In this document: in pieces, positions 39,880 through 53,859 of the stretch | Layout of the letters: every line of letters starts with the position of its first letter | Numbering within the stretch: position 1 is the stretch's first letter | NCBI GenBank assembly: GCA_964057225.1 | Contig: OZ059900.1 | Location: 13,206,001-13,270,000 of the forward strand | Direction: 5' to 3' | Origin: Auanema rhodensis | Lineage: Eukaryota; Animalia; Nematoda | DNA length: 64,000 nt | Made by a program: the position numbers and the translations under genes | Notes under the pieces: generated by a model | Seen by the model: only the letters and a program-made list of their open reading frames with translations | What the model was told of the DNA's origin: nothing | The model's database searches: none

Positions 39880-41003
39880 TAGTATCTCAATCTAACCAGA
39901 GAACTTCTGAGTTGGAAATACATTTTGGAAAGCACACCACGAGTGTGCAATATTGAAAACTGTCTGTCTTAGTATGATTATATAACACTATAGATGCCAA
40001 AACAAAACAAATTTGAATATGAACATGACGCGTCTTTTACATTATAGTTTGACTTGTTAAAGCTTTGTATAGCTTTGTACCCTGATCACATATACGGCGA
40101 TAGGCTAGAACAGTTCATAAGTTTCCTGAATAGATTTGGTTTAATTACCCAAGTTAGAGGTAGTATCTCAATCTAACCAGAGAACTTCTGAGTTGGAAAT
40201 ACATTTTGGAAAGCACACCACGAGTGTGCAATATTGAAAACTGTCTGTCTTAGTATGATTATATAACACTATAGATGCCAAAACAAAACAAATTTGAATA
40301 TGAACATGACGCGTCTTTTACATTATAGTTTGACTTGTTAAAGCTTTGTATAGCTTTGTACCCTGATCACATATACGGCGATAGGCTAGAACAGTTCATA
40401 AGTTTCCTGAATAGATTTGGTTTAATTACCCAAGTTAGAGGTAGTATCTCAATCTAACCAGAGAACTTCTGAGTTGAAAATACATTTTGGAAAGCACACC
40501 ACAAGTGTGCAATATTGAAAACTGTCTGTCTTAGTATGATTATATGACACTATAGATGCCAAAGCAAGACAAATTTGAATATGAACATGACGCGTCTTTT
40601 ACATTATAGTTTGACTTGTTAAAGCTTTGTATAGCTTTGTACCCTGATCACATATACGGCGATAGGCTAGAACAGTTCATAAGTTTCCTGAATAGATTTG
40701 GTTTAATTACCCAAGTTAAAGGTAGTATCTCAATCTAACCAGAGAACTTCTGAGTTGGAAATACATTTTGGAAAGCACACCATGAGTGTGCAATATTGAA
40801 AACTGTCTGTCTTAGTATGATTATATGACACTATAGATGCCAAAGTAAAACAAATTTGAATATGAACATGACGCGTCTTTTACATTATAGTTTGACTTGT
40901 TAAAGCTTTGTATAGCTTTGTACCCTGATCACATATACGGCGATAGGCTAGAACAGTTCATAAGTTTCCTGAATAGATTTGGTTTAATTACCCAAGTTAA
41001 AGG

Positions 41004-41290
41004 TAGTATCTCAATCTAACCAGAGAACTTCTGAGTTGGAAATACATTTTGGAAAGCACACCATGAGTGTGCAATATTGAAAACTGTCTGTCTTAGTATG
41101 ATTATATGACACTATAGATGCCAAAGCAAAACAAATTTGAATATGAACATGAACATGACGCGTCTTTTACATTATAGTTTGACCGGATAAAGCTTTGTAT
41201 AGCTTTGTACACTGATCACATATTCGGCGATAGGCTAGAACAGTTCATAAGTTTCCTGAATAGATTTGGTTTAATTACCCAAGTTAGAGG
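41004..41290. repeat. Unique 287-bp monomer with a 6-bp tandem duplication (GAACAT)
   Basis: ATATGAACATGAACATGACG at 41141-41160 versus consensus ATATGAACATGACG. Confidence 0.95.
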
Positions 41291-44100
41291 TAGTATCTCA
41301 ATCTAACCAGAGAACTTCTGAGTTGGAAATACATTTTGGAAAGCACACCATGAGTGTGCAATATTGAAAACTGTCTGTCTTAGTATGATTATATGACACT
41401 ATAGATGCCAAAGCAAAACAAATTTGAATATGAACATGACGCGTCTTTTACATTATAGTTTGACTTGTTAAAGCTTTGTATAGCTTTGTACCCTGATCAC
41501 ATATACGGCGATAGGCTAGAACAGTTCATAAGTTTCCTGAATAGATTTGGTTTAATTACCCAAGTTAGAGGTAGTATCTCAATCTAACCAGAGAACTTCT
41601 GAGTTGGAAATACATTTTGGAAAGCACACCACGAGTGTGCAATATTGAAAACTGTCTGTCTTAGTATGATTATATAACACTATAGATGCCAAAACAAAAC
41701 AAATTTGAATATGAACATGACGCGTCTTTTACATTATAGTTTGACTTGTTAAAGCTTTGTATAGCTTTGTACCCTGATCACATATACGGCGATAGGCTAG
41801 AACAGTTCATAAGTTTCCTGAATAGATTTGGTTTAATTACCCAAGTTAGAGGTAGTATCTCAATCTAACCAGAGAACTTCTGAGTTGGAAATACATTTTG
41901 GAAAGCACACCACGAGTGTGCAATATTGAAAACTGTCTGTCTTAGTATGATTATATAACACTATAGATGCCTAAACAAAACAAATTTGAATATGAACATG
42001 ACGCGTCTTTTACATTATAGTTTGACTTGTTAAAGCTTTGTATAGCTTTGTACCCTGATCACATATACGGCGATAGGCTAGAACAGTTCATAAGTTTCCT
42101 GAATAGATTTGGTTTAATTACCCAAGTTAGAGGTAGTATCTCAATCTAACCAGAGAACTTCTGAGTTGGAAATACATTTTGGAAAGCACACCACAAGTGT
42201 GCAATATTGAAAACTGTCTGTCTTAGTATGATTATATGACACTATAGATGCCAAAGCAAAACAAATTTGAATATGAACATGACGCGTCTTTTACATTATA
42301 GTTTGACCGGATAAAGCTTTGTATAGCTTTGTACACTGATCACATATTCGGCGATAGGCTAGAACAGTTCATAAGTTTCCTGAATAGATTTGGTTTAATT
42401 ACCCAAGTTAGAGGTAGTATCTCAATCTAACCAGAGAACTTCTGAGTTGGAAATACATTTTGGAAAGCACACCATGAGTGTGCAATATTGAAAACTGTCT
42501 GTCTTAGTATGATTATATAACACTATAGATGCCAAAACAAAACAAATTTGAATATGAACATGACGCGTCTTTTACATTATAGTTTGACTTGTTAAAGCTT
42601 TGTATAGCTTTGTACCCTGATCACATATACGGCGATAGGCTAGAACAGTTCATAAGTTTCCTGAATAGATTTGGTTTAATTACCCAAGTTAGAGGTAGTA
42701 TCTCAATCTAACCAGAGAACTTCTGAGTTGGAAATACATTTTGGAAAGCACACCATGAGTGTGCAATATTGAAAACTGTCTGTCTTAGTATGATTATATG
42801 ACACTATAGATGCCAAAGCAAAACAAATTTGAATATGAACATGACGCGTCTTTTACATTATAGTTTGACTTGTTAAAGCTTTGTATAGCTTTGTACCCTG
42901 ATCACATATACGGCGATAGGCTAGAACAGTTCATAAGTTTCCTGAATAGATTTGGTTTAATTACCCAAGTTAGAGGTAGTATCTCAATCTAACCAGAGAA
43001 CTTCTGAGTTGGAAATACATTTTGGAAAGCACACCACGAGTGTGCAATATTGAAAACTGTCTGTCTTAGTATGATTATATAACACTATAGATGCCAAAAC
43101 AAAACAAATTTGAATATGAACATGACGCGTCTTTTACATTATAGTTTGACTTGTTAAAGCTTTGTATAGCTTTGTACCCTGATCACATATACGGCGATAG
43201 GCTAGAACAGTTCATAAGTTTCCTGAATAGATTTGGTTTAATTACCCAAGTTAGAGGTAGTATCTCAATCTAACCAGAGAACTTCTGAGTTGGAAATACA
43301 TTTTGGAAAGCACACCACGAGTGTGCAATATTGAAAACTGTCTGTCTTAGTATGATTATATAACACTATAGATGCCAAAACAAAACAAATTTGAATATGA
43401 ACATGACGCGTCTTTTACATTATAGTTTGACCGGATAAAGCTTTGTATAGCTTTGTACACTGATCACATATTCGGCGATAGGCTAGAACAGTTCATAAGT
43501 TTCCTGAATAGATTTGGTTTAATTACCCAAGTTAGAGGTAGTATCTCAATCTAACCAGAGAACTTCTGAGTTGGAAATACATTTAGGAAAGCACACCACG
43601 AGTGTGCAATATTGAAAACTGTCTGTTTTAGTATGATTATATAACACTATAGATGCCAAAACAAAACAAATTTGAATATGAACATGACGCGTCTTTTACA
43701 TTATAGTTTGACCGGATAAAGCTTTGTATAGCTTTGTACACTGATCATATATTCGGCGATAGGCTAGAACAGTTCATAAGTTTCCTGAATAGATTTGGTT
43801 TAATTACCCAAGTTAGAGGTAGTATCTCAATCTAACCAGAGAACTTCTGAGTTGGAAATACATTTTGGAAAGCACACCATGAGTGTGCAATATTGAAAAC
43901 TGTCTGTCTTAGTATGATTATATGACACTATAGATGCCAAAGCAAAACAAATTTGAATATGAACATGACGCGTCTTTTACATTATAGTTTGACTTGTTAA
44001 AGCTTTGTATAGCTTTGTACCCTGATCACATATACGGCGATAGGCTAGAACAGTTCATAAGTTTCCTGAATAGATTTGGTTTAATTACCCAAGTTAGAGG

Positions 44101-46910
44101 TAGTATCTCAATCTAACCAGAGAACTTCTGAGTTGGAAATACATTTAGGAAAGCACACCACGAGTGTGCAATATTGAAAACTGTCTGTTTTAGTATGATT
44201 ATATAACACTATAGATGCCAAAACAAAACAAATTTGAATATGAACATGACGCGTCTTTTACATTATAGTTTGACCGGATAAAGCTTTGTATAGCTTTGTA
44301 CACTGATCACATATTCGGCGATAGGCTAGAACAGTTCATAAGTTTCCTGAATAGATTTGGTTTAATTACCCAAGTTAGAGGTAGTATCTCAATCTAACCA
44401 GAGAACTTCTGAGTTGGAAATACATTTTGGAAAGCACACCACGAGTGTGCAATATTGAAAACTGTCTGTCTTAGTATGATTATATGACACTATAGATGCC
44501 AAAGCAAAACAAATTTGAATATGAACATGACGCGTCTTTTACATTATAGTTTGACTTGTTAAAGCTTTGTATAGCTTTGTACCCTGATCACATATACGGC
44601 GATAGGCTAGAACAGTTCATAAGTTTCCTGAATAGATTTGGTTTAATTACCCAAGTTAGAGGTAGTATCTCAATCTAACCAGAGAACTTCTGAGTTGGAA
44701 ATACATTTTGGAAAGCACACCACAAGTGTGCAATATTGAAAACTGTCTGACTTAGTATGATTATATGACACTATAGATGCCAAAGCAAAACAAATTTGAA
44801 TATGAACATGACGCGTCTTTTACATTATAGTTTGACTTGTTAAAGCTTTGTATAGCTTTGTACCCTGATCACATATACGGCGATAGGCTAGAACAGTTCA
44901 TAAGTTTCCTGAATAGATTTGGTTTAATTACCCAAGTTAGAGGTAGTATCTCAATCTAACCAGAGAACTTCTGAGTTGGAAATACATGTTGGAAAGCACA
45001 CCATGAGTGTGCAATATTGGAAACTGTCTGTCTTAGTATGATTATATGACACTATAGATGCCAAAGCAAAACAAATTTGAATATGAACATGACGCGTCTT
45101 TTACATTATAGTTTGACTTGTTAAAGCTTTGTATAGCTTTGTACCCTGATCACATATACGGCGATAGGCTAGAACAGTTCATAAGTTTCCTGAATAGATT
45201 TGGTTTAATTACCCAAGTTAGAGGTAGTATCTCAATCTAACCAGAGAACTTCTGAGTTGGAAATACATGTTGGAAAGCACACCATGAGTGTGCAATATTG
45301 GAAACTGTCTGTCTTAGTATGATTATATGACACTATAGATGCCAAAGCAAAACAAATTTGAATATGAACATGACGCGTCTTTTACATTATAGTTTGACTT
45401 GTTAAAGCTTTGTATAGCTTTGTACCCTGATCACATATACGGCGATAGGCTAGAACAGTTCATAAGTTTCCTGAATAGATTTGGTTTAATTACCCAAGTT
45501 AGAGGTAGTATCTCAATCTAACCAGAGAACTTCTGAGTTGGAAATACATGTTGGAAAGCACACCATGAGTGTGCAATATTGGAAACTGTCTGTCTTAGTA
45601 TGATTATATGACACTATAGATGCCAAAGCAAAACAAATTTGAATATGAACATGACGCGTCTTTTACATTATAGTTTGACTTGTTAAAGCTTTGTATAGCT
45701 TTGTACCCTGATCACATATACGGCGATAGGCTAGAACAGTTCATAAGTTTCCTGAATAGATTTGGTTTAATTACCCAAGTTAGAGGTAGTATCTCAATCT
45801 AACCAGAGAACTTCTGAGTTGGAAATACATTTAGGAAAGCACACCACGAGTGTGCAATATTGAAAACTGTCTGTTTTAGTATGATTATATAACACTATAG
45901 ATGCCAAAACAAAACAAATTTGAATATGAACATGACGCGTCTTTTACATTATAGTTTGACCGGATAAAGCTTTGTATAGCTTTGTACACTGATCACATAT
46001 TCGGCGATAGGCTAGAACAGTTCATAAGTTTCCTGAATAGATTTGGTTTAATTACCCAAGTTAGAGGTAGTATCTCAATCTAACCAGAGAACTTCTGAGT
46101 TGGAAATACATTTTGGAAAGCACACCACGAGTGTGCAATATTGAAAACTGTCTGTCTTAGTATGATTATATGACACTATAGATGCCAAAGCAAAACAAAT
46201 TTGAATATGAACATGACGCGTCTTTTACATTATAGTTTGACTTGTTAAAGCTTTGTATAGCTTTGTACCCTGATCACATATACGGCGATAGGCTAGAACA
46301 GTTCATAAGTTTCCTGAATAGATTTGGTTTAATTACCCAAGTTAGAGGTAGTATCTCAATCTAACCAGAGAACTTCTGAGTTGGAAATACATTTTGGAAA
46401 GCACACCACAAGTGTGCAATATTGAAAACTGTCTGACTTAGTATGATTATATGACACTATAGATGCCAAAGCAAAACAAATTTGAATATGAACATGACGC
46501 GTCTTTTACATTATAGTTTGACTTGTTAAAGCTTTGTATAGCTTTGTACCCTGATCACATATACGGCGATAGGCTAGAACAGTTCATAAGTTTCCTGAAT
46601 AGATTTGGTTTAATTACCCAAGTTAGAGGTAGTATCTCAATCTAACCAGAGAACTTCTGAGTTGGAAATACATGTTGGAAAGCACACCATGAGTGTGCAA
46701 TATTGGAAACTGTCTGTCTTAGTATGATTATATGACACTATAGATGCCAAAGCAAAACAAATTTGAATATGAACATGACGCGTCTTTTACATTATAGTTT
46801 GACTTGTTAAAGCTTTGTATAGCTTTGTACCCTGATCACATATACGGCGATAGGCTAGAACAGTTCATAAGTTTCCTGAATAGATTTGGTTTAATTACCC
46901 AAGTTAGAGG
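44101..46910. repeat. 4-monomer cassette x2 with internal triplication of its last monomer in copy 1
   Basis: TTTAGGA+TGTTTTA; CCACG; CCACAAG+TGACTT; CATGTT+TTGGAAAC starting at 44101 and 45787. The CATGTT monomer is present three times at 44944, 45225 and 45506. Confidence 0.88.
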
Positions 46911-49900
46911 TAGTATCTCAATCTAACCAGAGAACTTCTGAGTTGGAAATACATTTTGGAAAGCACACCACAAGTGTGCAATATTGAAAACTGTCTGTCT
47001 TAGTATGATTATATGACACTATAGATGCCAAAGCAAAACAAATTTGAATATGAACATGACGCGTCTTTTACATTATAGTTTGACCGGATAAAGCTTTGTA
47101 TAGCTTTGTACACTGATCACATATTCGGCGATAGGCTAGAACAGTTCATAAGTTTCCTGAATAGATTTGGTTTAATTACCCAAGTTAGAGGTAGTATCTC
47201 AATCTAACCAGAGAACTTCTGAGTTGGAAATACATTTTGGAAAGCACACCACGAGTGTGCAATATTGAAAACTGTCTGTCTTAGTATGATTATATGACAC
47301 TATAGATGCCAAAGCAAAACAAATTTGAATATGAACATGACGCGTCTTTTACATTATAGTTTGACCGGATAAAGCTTTGTATAGCTTTGTACACTGATCA
47401 CATATTCGGCGATAGGCTAGAACAGTTCATAAGTTTCCTGAATAGATTTGGTTTAATTACCCAAGTTAGAGGTAGTATCTCAATCTAACCAGAGAACTTC
47501 TGAGTTGGAAATACATTTTGGAAAGCACACCACAAGTGTGCAATATTGAAAACTGTCTGTCTTAGTATGATTATATGACACTATAGATGCCAAAGCAAAA
47601 CAAATTTGAATATGAACATGACGCGTCTTTTACATTATAGTTTGACCGGATAAAGCTTTGTATAGCTTTGTACACTGATCACATATTCGGCGATAGGCTA
47701 GAACAGTTCATAAGTTTCCTGAATAGATTTGGTTTAATTACCCAAGTTAGAGGTAGTATCTCAATCTAACCAGAGAACTTCTGAGTTGGAAATACATTTT
47801 GGAAAGCACACCACGAGTGTGCAATATTGAAAACTGTCTGTCTTAGTATGATTATATGACACTATAGATGCCAAAGCAAAACAAATTTGAATATGAACAT
47901 GACGCGTCTTTTACATTATAGTTTGACTTGTTAAAGCTTTGTATAGCTTTGTACCCTGATCACATATACGGCGATAGGCTAGAACAGTTCATAAGTTTCC
48001 TGAATAGATTTGGTTTAATTACCCAAGTTAGAGGTAGTATCTCAATCTAACCAGAGAACTTCTGAGTTGGAAATACATTTTGGAAAGCACACCACAAGTG
48101 TGCAATATTGAAAACTGTCTGTCTTAGTATGATTATATGACACTATAGATGCCAAAGCAAAACAAATTTGAATATGAACATGACGCGTCTTTTACATTAT
48201 AGTTTGACTTGTTAAAGCTTTGTATAGCTTTGTACCCTGATCACATATACGGCGATAGGCTAGAACAGTTCATAAGTTTCCTGAATAGATTTGGTTTAAT
48301 TACCCAAGTTAGAGGTAGTATCTCAATCTAACCAGAGAACTTCTGAGTTGGAAATACATTTTGGAAAGCACACCATGAGTGTGCAATATTGAAAACTGTC
48401 TGTCTTAGTATGATTATATGACACTATAGATGCCAAAGCAAAACAAATTTGAATATGAACATGACGCGTCTTTTACATTATAGTTTGACTTGTTAAAGCT
48501 TTGTATAGCTTTGTACCCTGATCACATATACGGCGATAGGCTAGAACAGTTCATAAGTTTCCTGAATAGATTTGGTTTAATTACCCAAGTTAGAGGTAGT
48601 ATCTCAATCTAACCAGAGAACTTCTGAGTTGGAAATACATTTTGGAAAGCACACCACAAGTGTGCAATATTGAAAACTGTCTGTCTTAGTATGATTATAT
48701 GACACTATAGATGCCAAAGCAAAACAAATTTGAATATGAACATGACGCGTCTTTTACATTATAGTTTGACCGGATAAAGCTTTGTATAGCTTTGTACACT
48801 GATCACATATTCGGCGATAGGCTAGAACAGTTCATAAGTTTCCTGAATAGATTTGGTTTAATTACCCAAGTTAGAGGTAGTATCTCAATCTAACCAGAGA
48901 ACTTCTGAGTTGGAAATACATTTTGGAAAGCACACCATGAGTGTGCAATATTGAAAACTGTCTGTCTTAGTATGATTATATAACACTATAGATGCCAAAA
49001 CATAACAAATTTGAATATGAACATGACGCGTCTTTTACATTATAGTTTGACTTGTTAAAGCTTTGTATAGCTTTGTACCCTGATCACATATACGGCGATA
49101 GGCTAGAACAGTTCATAAGTTTCCTGAATAGATTTGGTTTAATTACCCAAGTTAGAGGTAGTATCTCAATCTAACCAGAGAACTTCTGAGTTGGAAATAC
49201 ATTTTGGAAAGCACACCACGAGTGTGCAATATTGAAAACTGTCTGTCTTAGTATGATTATATAACACTATAGATGCCAAAACAAAACAAATTTGAATATG
49301 AACATGACGCGTCTTTTACATTATAGTTTGACCGGATAAAGCTTTGTATAGCTTTGTACACTGATCACATATTCGGCGATAGGCTAGAACAGTTCATAAG
49401 TTTCCTGAATAGATTTGGTTTAATTACCCAAGTTAGAGGTAGTATCTCAATCTAACCAGAGAACTTCTGAGTTGGAAATACATTTTGGAAAGCACACCAT
49501 GAGTGTGCAATATTGAAAACTGTCTGTCTTAGTATGATTATATGACACTATAGATGCCAAAGCAAAACAAATTTGAATATGAACATGACGCGTCTTTTAC
49601 ATTATAGTTTGACTTGTTAAAGCTTTGTATAGCTTTGTACCCTGATCACATATACGGCGATAGGCTAGAACAGTTCATAAGTTTCCTGAATAGATTTGGT
49701 TTAATTACCCAAGTTAGAGGTAGTATCTCAATCTAACCAGAGAACTTCTGAGTTGGAAATACATTTTGGAAAGCACACCACGAGTGTGCAATATTGAAAA
49801 CTGTCTGTCTTAGTATGATTATATAACACTATAGATGCCAAAACAAAACAAATTTGAATATGAACATGACGCGTCTTTTACATTATAGTTTGACTTGTTA

Positions 49901-52900
49901 AAGCTTTGTATAGCTTTGTACCCTGATCACATATACGGCGATAGGCTAGAACAGTTCATAAGTTTCCTGAATAGATTTGGTTTAATTACCCAAGTTAGAG
50001 GTAGTATCTCAATCTAACCAGAGAACTTCTGAGTTGGAAATACATTTTGGAAAGCACACCACGAGTGTGCAATATTGAAAACTGTCTGTCTTAGTATGAT
50101 TATATAACACTATAGATGCCAAAACAAAACAAATTTGAATATGAACATGACGCGTCTTTTACATTATAGTTTGACTTGTTAAAGCTTTGTATAGCTTTGT
50201 ACCCTGATCACATATACGGCGATAGGCTAGAACAGTTCATAAGTTTCCTGAATAGATTTGGTTTAATTACCCAAGTTAGAGGTAGTATCTCAATCTAACC
50301 AGAGAACTTCTGAGTTGGAAATACATTTTGGAAAGCACACCACGAGTGTGCAATATTGAAAACTGTCTGTCTTAGTATGATTATATAACACTATAGATGC
50401 CAAAACAAAACAAATTTGAATATGAACATGACGCGTCTTTTACATTATAGTTTGACTTGTTAAAGCTTTGTATAGCTTTGTACCCTGATCACATATACGG
50501 CGATAGGCTAGAACAGTTCATAAGTTTCCTGAATAGATTTGGTTTAATTACCCAAGTTAGAGGTAGTATCTCAATCTAACCAGAGAACTTCTGAGTTGGA
50601 AATACATTTTGGAAAGCACACCACAAGTGTGCAATATTGAAAACTGTCTGTCTTAGTATGATTATATGACACTATAGATGCCAAAGCAAAACAAATTTGA
50701 ATATGAACATGACGCGTCTTTTACATTATAGTTTGACCGGATAAAGCTTTGTATAGCTTTGTACACTGATCACATATTCGGCGATAGGCTAGAACAGTTC
50801 ATAAGTTTCCTGAATAGATTTGGTTTAATTACCCAAGTTAGAGGTAGTATCTCAATCTAACCAGAGAACTTCTGAGTTGGAAATACATTTTGGAAAGCAC
50901 ACCACGAGTGTGCAATATTGAAAACTGTCTGTCTTAGTATGATTATATAACACTATAGATGCCAAAACAAAACAAATTTGAATATGAACATGACGCGTCT
51001 TTTACATTATAGTTTGACCGGATAAAGCTTTGTATAGCTTTGTACACTGATCACATATACGGCGATAGGCTAGAACAGTTCATAAGTTTCCTGAATAGAT
51101 TTGGTTTAATTACCCAAGTTAGAGGTAGTATCTCAATCTAACCAGAGAACTTCTGAGTTGGAAATACATTTTGGAAAGCACACCATGAGTGTGCAATATT
51201 GAAAACTGTCTGTCTTAGTATGATTATATCACACTATAGATGCCAAAGCAAAACAAATTTGAATATGAACATGACGCGTCTTTTACATTATAGTTTGACC
51301 GGATAAAGCTTTGTATAGCTTTGTACACTGATCACATATACGGCGATAGGCTAGAACAGTTCATAAGTTTCCTGAATAGATTTGGTTTAATTACCCAAGT
51401 TAGAGGTAGTATCTCAATCTAACCAGAGAACTTCTGAGTTGGAAATACATTTTGGAAAGCACACCATGAGTGTGCAATATTGAAAACTGTCTGTCTTAGT
51501 ATGATTATATCACACTATAGATGCCAAAGCAAAACAAATTTGAATATGAACATGACGCGTCTTTTACATTATAGTTTGACCGGATAAAGCTTTGTATAGC
51601 TTTGTACACTGATCACATATACGGCGATAGGCTAGAACAGTTCATAAGTTTCCTGAATAGATTTGGTTTAATTACCCAAGTTAGAGGTAGTATCTCAATC
51701 TAACCAGAGAACTTCTGAGTTGGAAATACATTTTGGAAAGCACACCATGAGTGTGCAATATTAAAAACTGTCTGTCTTAGTATGATTATATGACACTATA
51801 GATGCCAAAGCAAAACAAATTTGAATATGAACATGACGCGTCTTTTACATTATAGTTTGACCGGATAAAGCTTTGTATAGCTTTGTACACTGATCACATA
51901 TACGGCGATAGGCTAGAACAGTTCATAAGTTTCCTGAATAGATTTGGTTTAATTACCCAAGTTAGAGGTAGTATCTCAATCTAACCAGAGAACTTCTGAG
52001 TTGGAAATACATTTTGGAAAGCACACCATGAGTGTGCAATATTGAAAACTGTCTGTCTTAGTATGATTATATCACACTATAGATGCCAAAGCAAAACAAA
52101 TTTGAATATGAACATGACGCGTCTTTTACATTATAGTTTGACCGGATAAAGCTTTGTATAGCTTTGTACACTGATCACATATACGGCGATAGGCTAGAAC
52201 AGTTCATAAGTTTCCTGAATAGATTTGGTTTAATTACCCAAGTTAGAGGTAGTATCTCAATCTAACCAGAGAACTTCTGAGTTGGAAATACATTTTGGAA
52301 AGCACACCATGAGTGTGCAATATTGAAAATTGTCTGTCTTAGTATGATTATATGACACTATAGATGCCAAAGCAAAACAAATTTGAATATGAACATGACG
52401 CGTCTTTTACATTATAGTTTGACCAGATAAAGCTTTGTATAGCTTTGTATAGCTTTGTACACTGATCACATATACGGCGATAGGCTAGAACAGTTTATAA
52501 GTTTCCTGAATAGATTTGGTTTAATTACCCAAGTTAGAGGTAGTATCTCAATCTAACCAGAGAACTTCTGAGTTGGAAATACATTTTGGAAAGCACACCA
52601 TGAGTGTGCAATATTGAAAACTGTCTGTCTTAGTATGATTATATCACACTATAGATGCCAAAGCAAAACAAATTTGAATATGAACATGACGCGTCTTTTA
52701 CATTATAGTTTGACCGGATAAAGCTTTGTATAGCTTTGTATAGCTTTGTACACTGATCACATATACGGCGATAGGCTAGAACAGTTCATAAGTTTCCTGA
52801 ATAGATTTGGTTTAATTACCCAAGTTAGAGGTAGTATCTCAATCTAACCAGAGAACTTCTGAGTTGGAAATACATTTTGGAAAGCACACCATGAGTGTGC

Positions 52901-53674
52901 AATATTGAAAACTGTCTGTCTTAGTATGATTATATCACACTATAGATGCCAAAGCAAAACAAATTTGAATATGAACATGACGCGTCTTTTACATTATAGT
53001 TTGACCGGATAAAGCTTTGTATAGCTTTGTACACTGATCACATATACGGCGATAGGCTAGAACAGTTCATAAGTTTCCTGAATAGATTTGGTTTAATTAC
53101 CCAAGTTAGAGGTAGTATCTCAATCTAACCAGAGAACTTCTGAGTTGGAAATACATTTTGGAAAGCACACCATGAGTGTGCAATATTAAAAACTGTCTGT
53201 CTTAGTATGATTATATGACACTATAGATGCCAAAGCAAAACAAATTTGAATATGAACATGACGCGTCTTTTACATTATAGTTTGACCGGATAAAGCTTTG
53301 TATAGCTTTGTACACTGATCACATATACGGCGATAGGCTAGAACAGTTCATAAGTTTCCTGAATAGATTTGGTTTAATTACCCAAGTTAGAGGTAGTATC
53401 TCAATCTAACCAGAGAACTTCTGAGTTGGAAATACATTTTGGAAAGCACACCATGAGTGTGCAATATTGAAAATTGTCTGTCTTAGTATGATTATATGAC
53501 ACTATAGATGCCAAAGCAAAACAAATTTGAATATGAACATGACGCGTCTTTTACATTATAGTTTGACCAGATAAAGCTTTGTATAGCTTTGTACACTGAT
53601 CACATATACGGCGATAGGCTAGAACAGTTCATAAGTTTCCTGAATAGATTTGGTTTAATTACCCAAGTTAGAGG

Positions 53675-53859
53675 TAGTATCTCAATCTAACCAGAGAACT
53701 TCTGAGTTGGAAATACATTTTGGAAAGCACACCATGAGTGTGCAATATTATAAGGATAAAGCTTTGTATAGCTTTGTACACTGATCACATATACGGCGAT
53801 AGGCTAGAACAGTTCATAAGTTTCCTGAATAGATTTGGTTTAATTACCCAAGTTAGAGG
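53675..53859. repeat. Unique truncated 185-bp monomer (about 100-bp internal deletion with 4-bp filler)
   Basis: GCAATATT-ATAA-GGATAAAGC junction at 53742-53762. Consensus positions 76-175 are missing. Confidence 0.95.

Larger units (their letters stand above)
39037..52249. repeat. Run of 47 consecutive two-decamer monomers, mostly the GACTTGTT/TACCCT subfamily up to 50563
   Basis: 13213 bp = 46x281 + 287. No three-decamer monomer in the interval. Confidence 0.92.
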
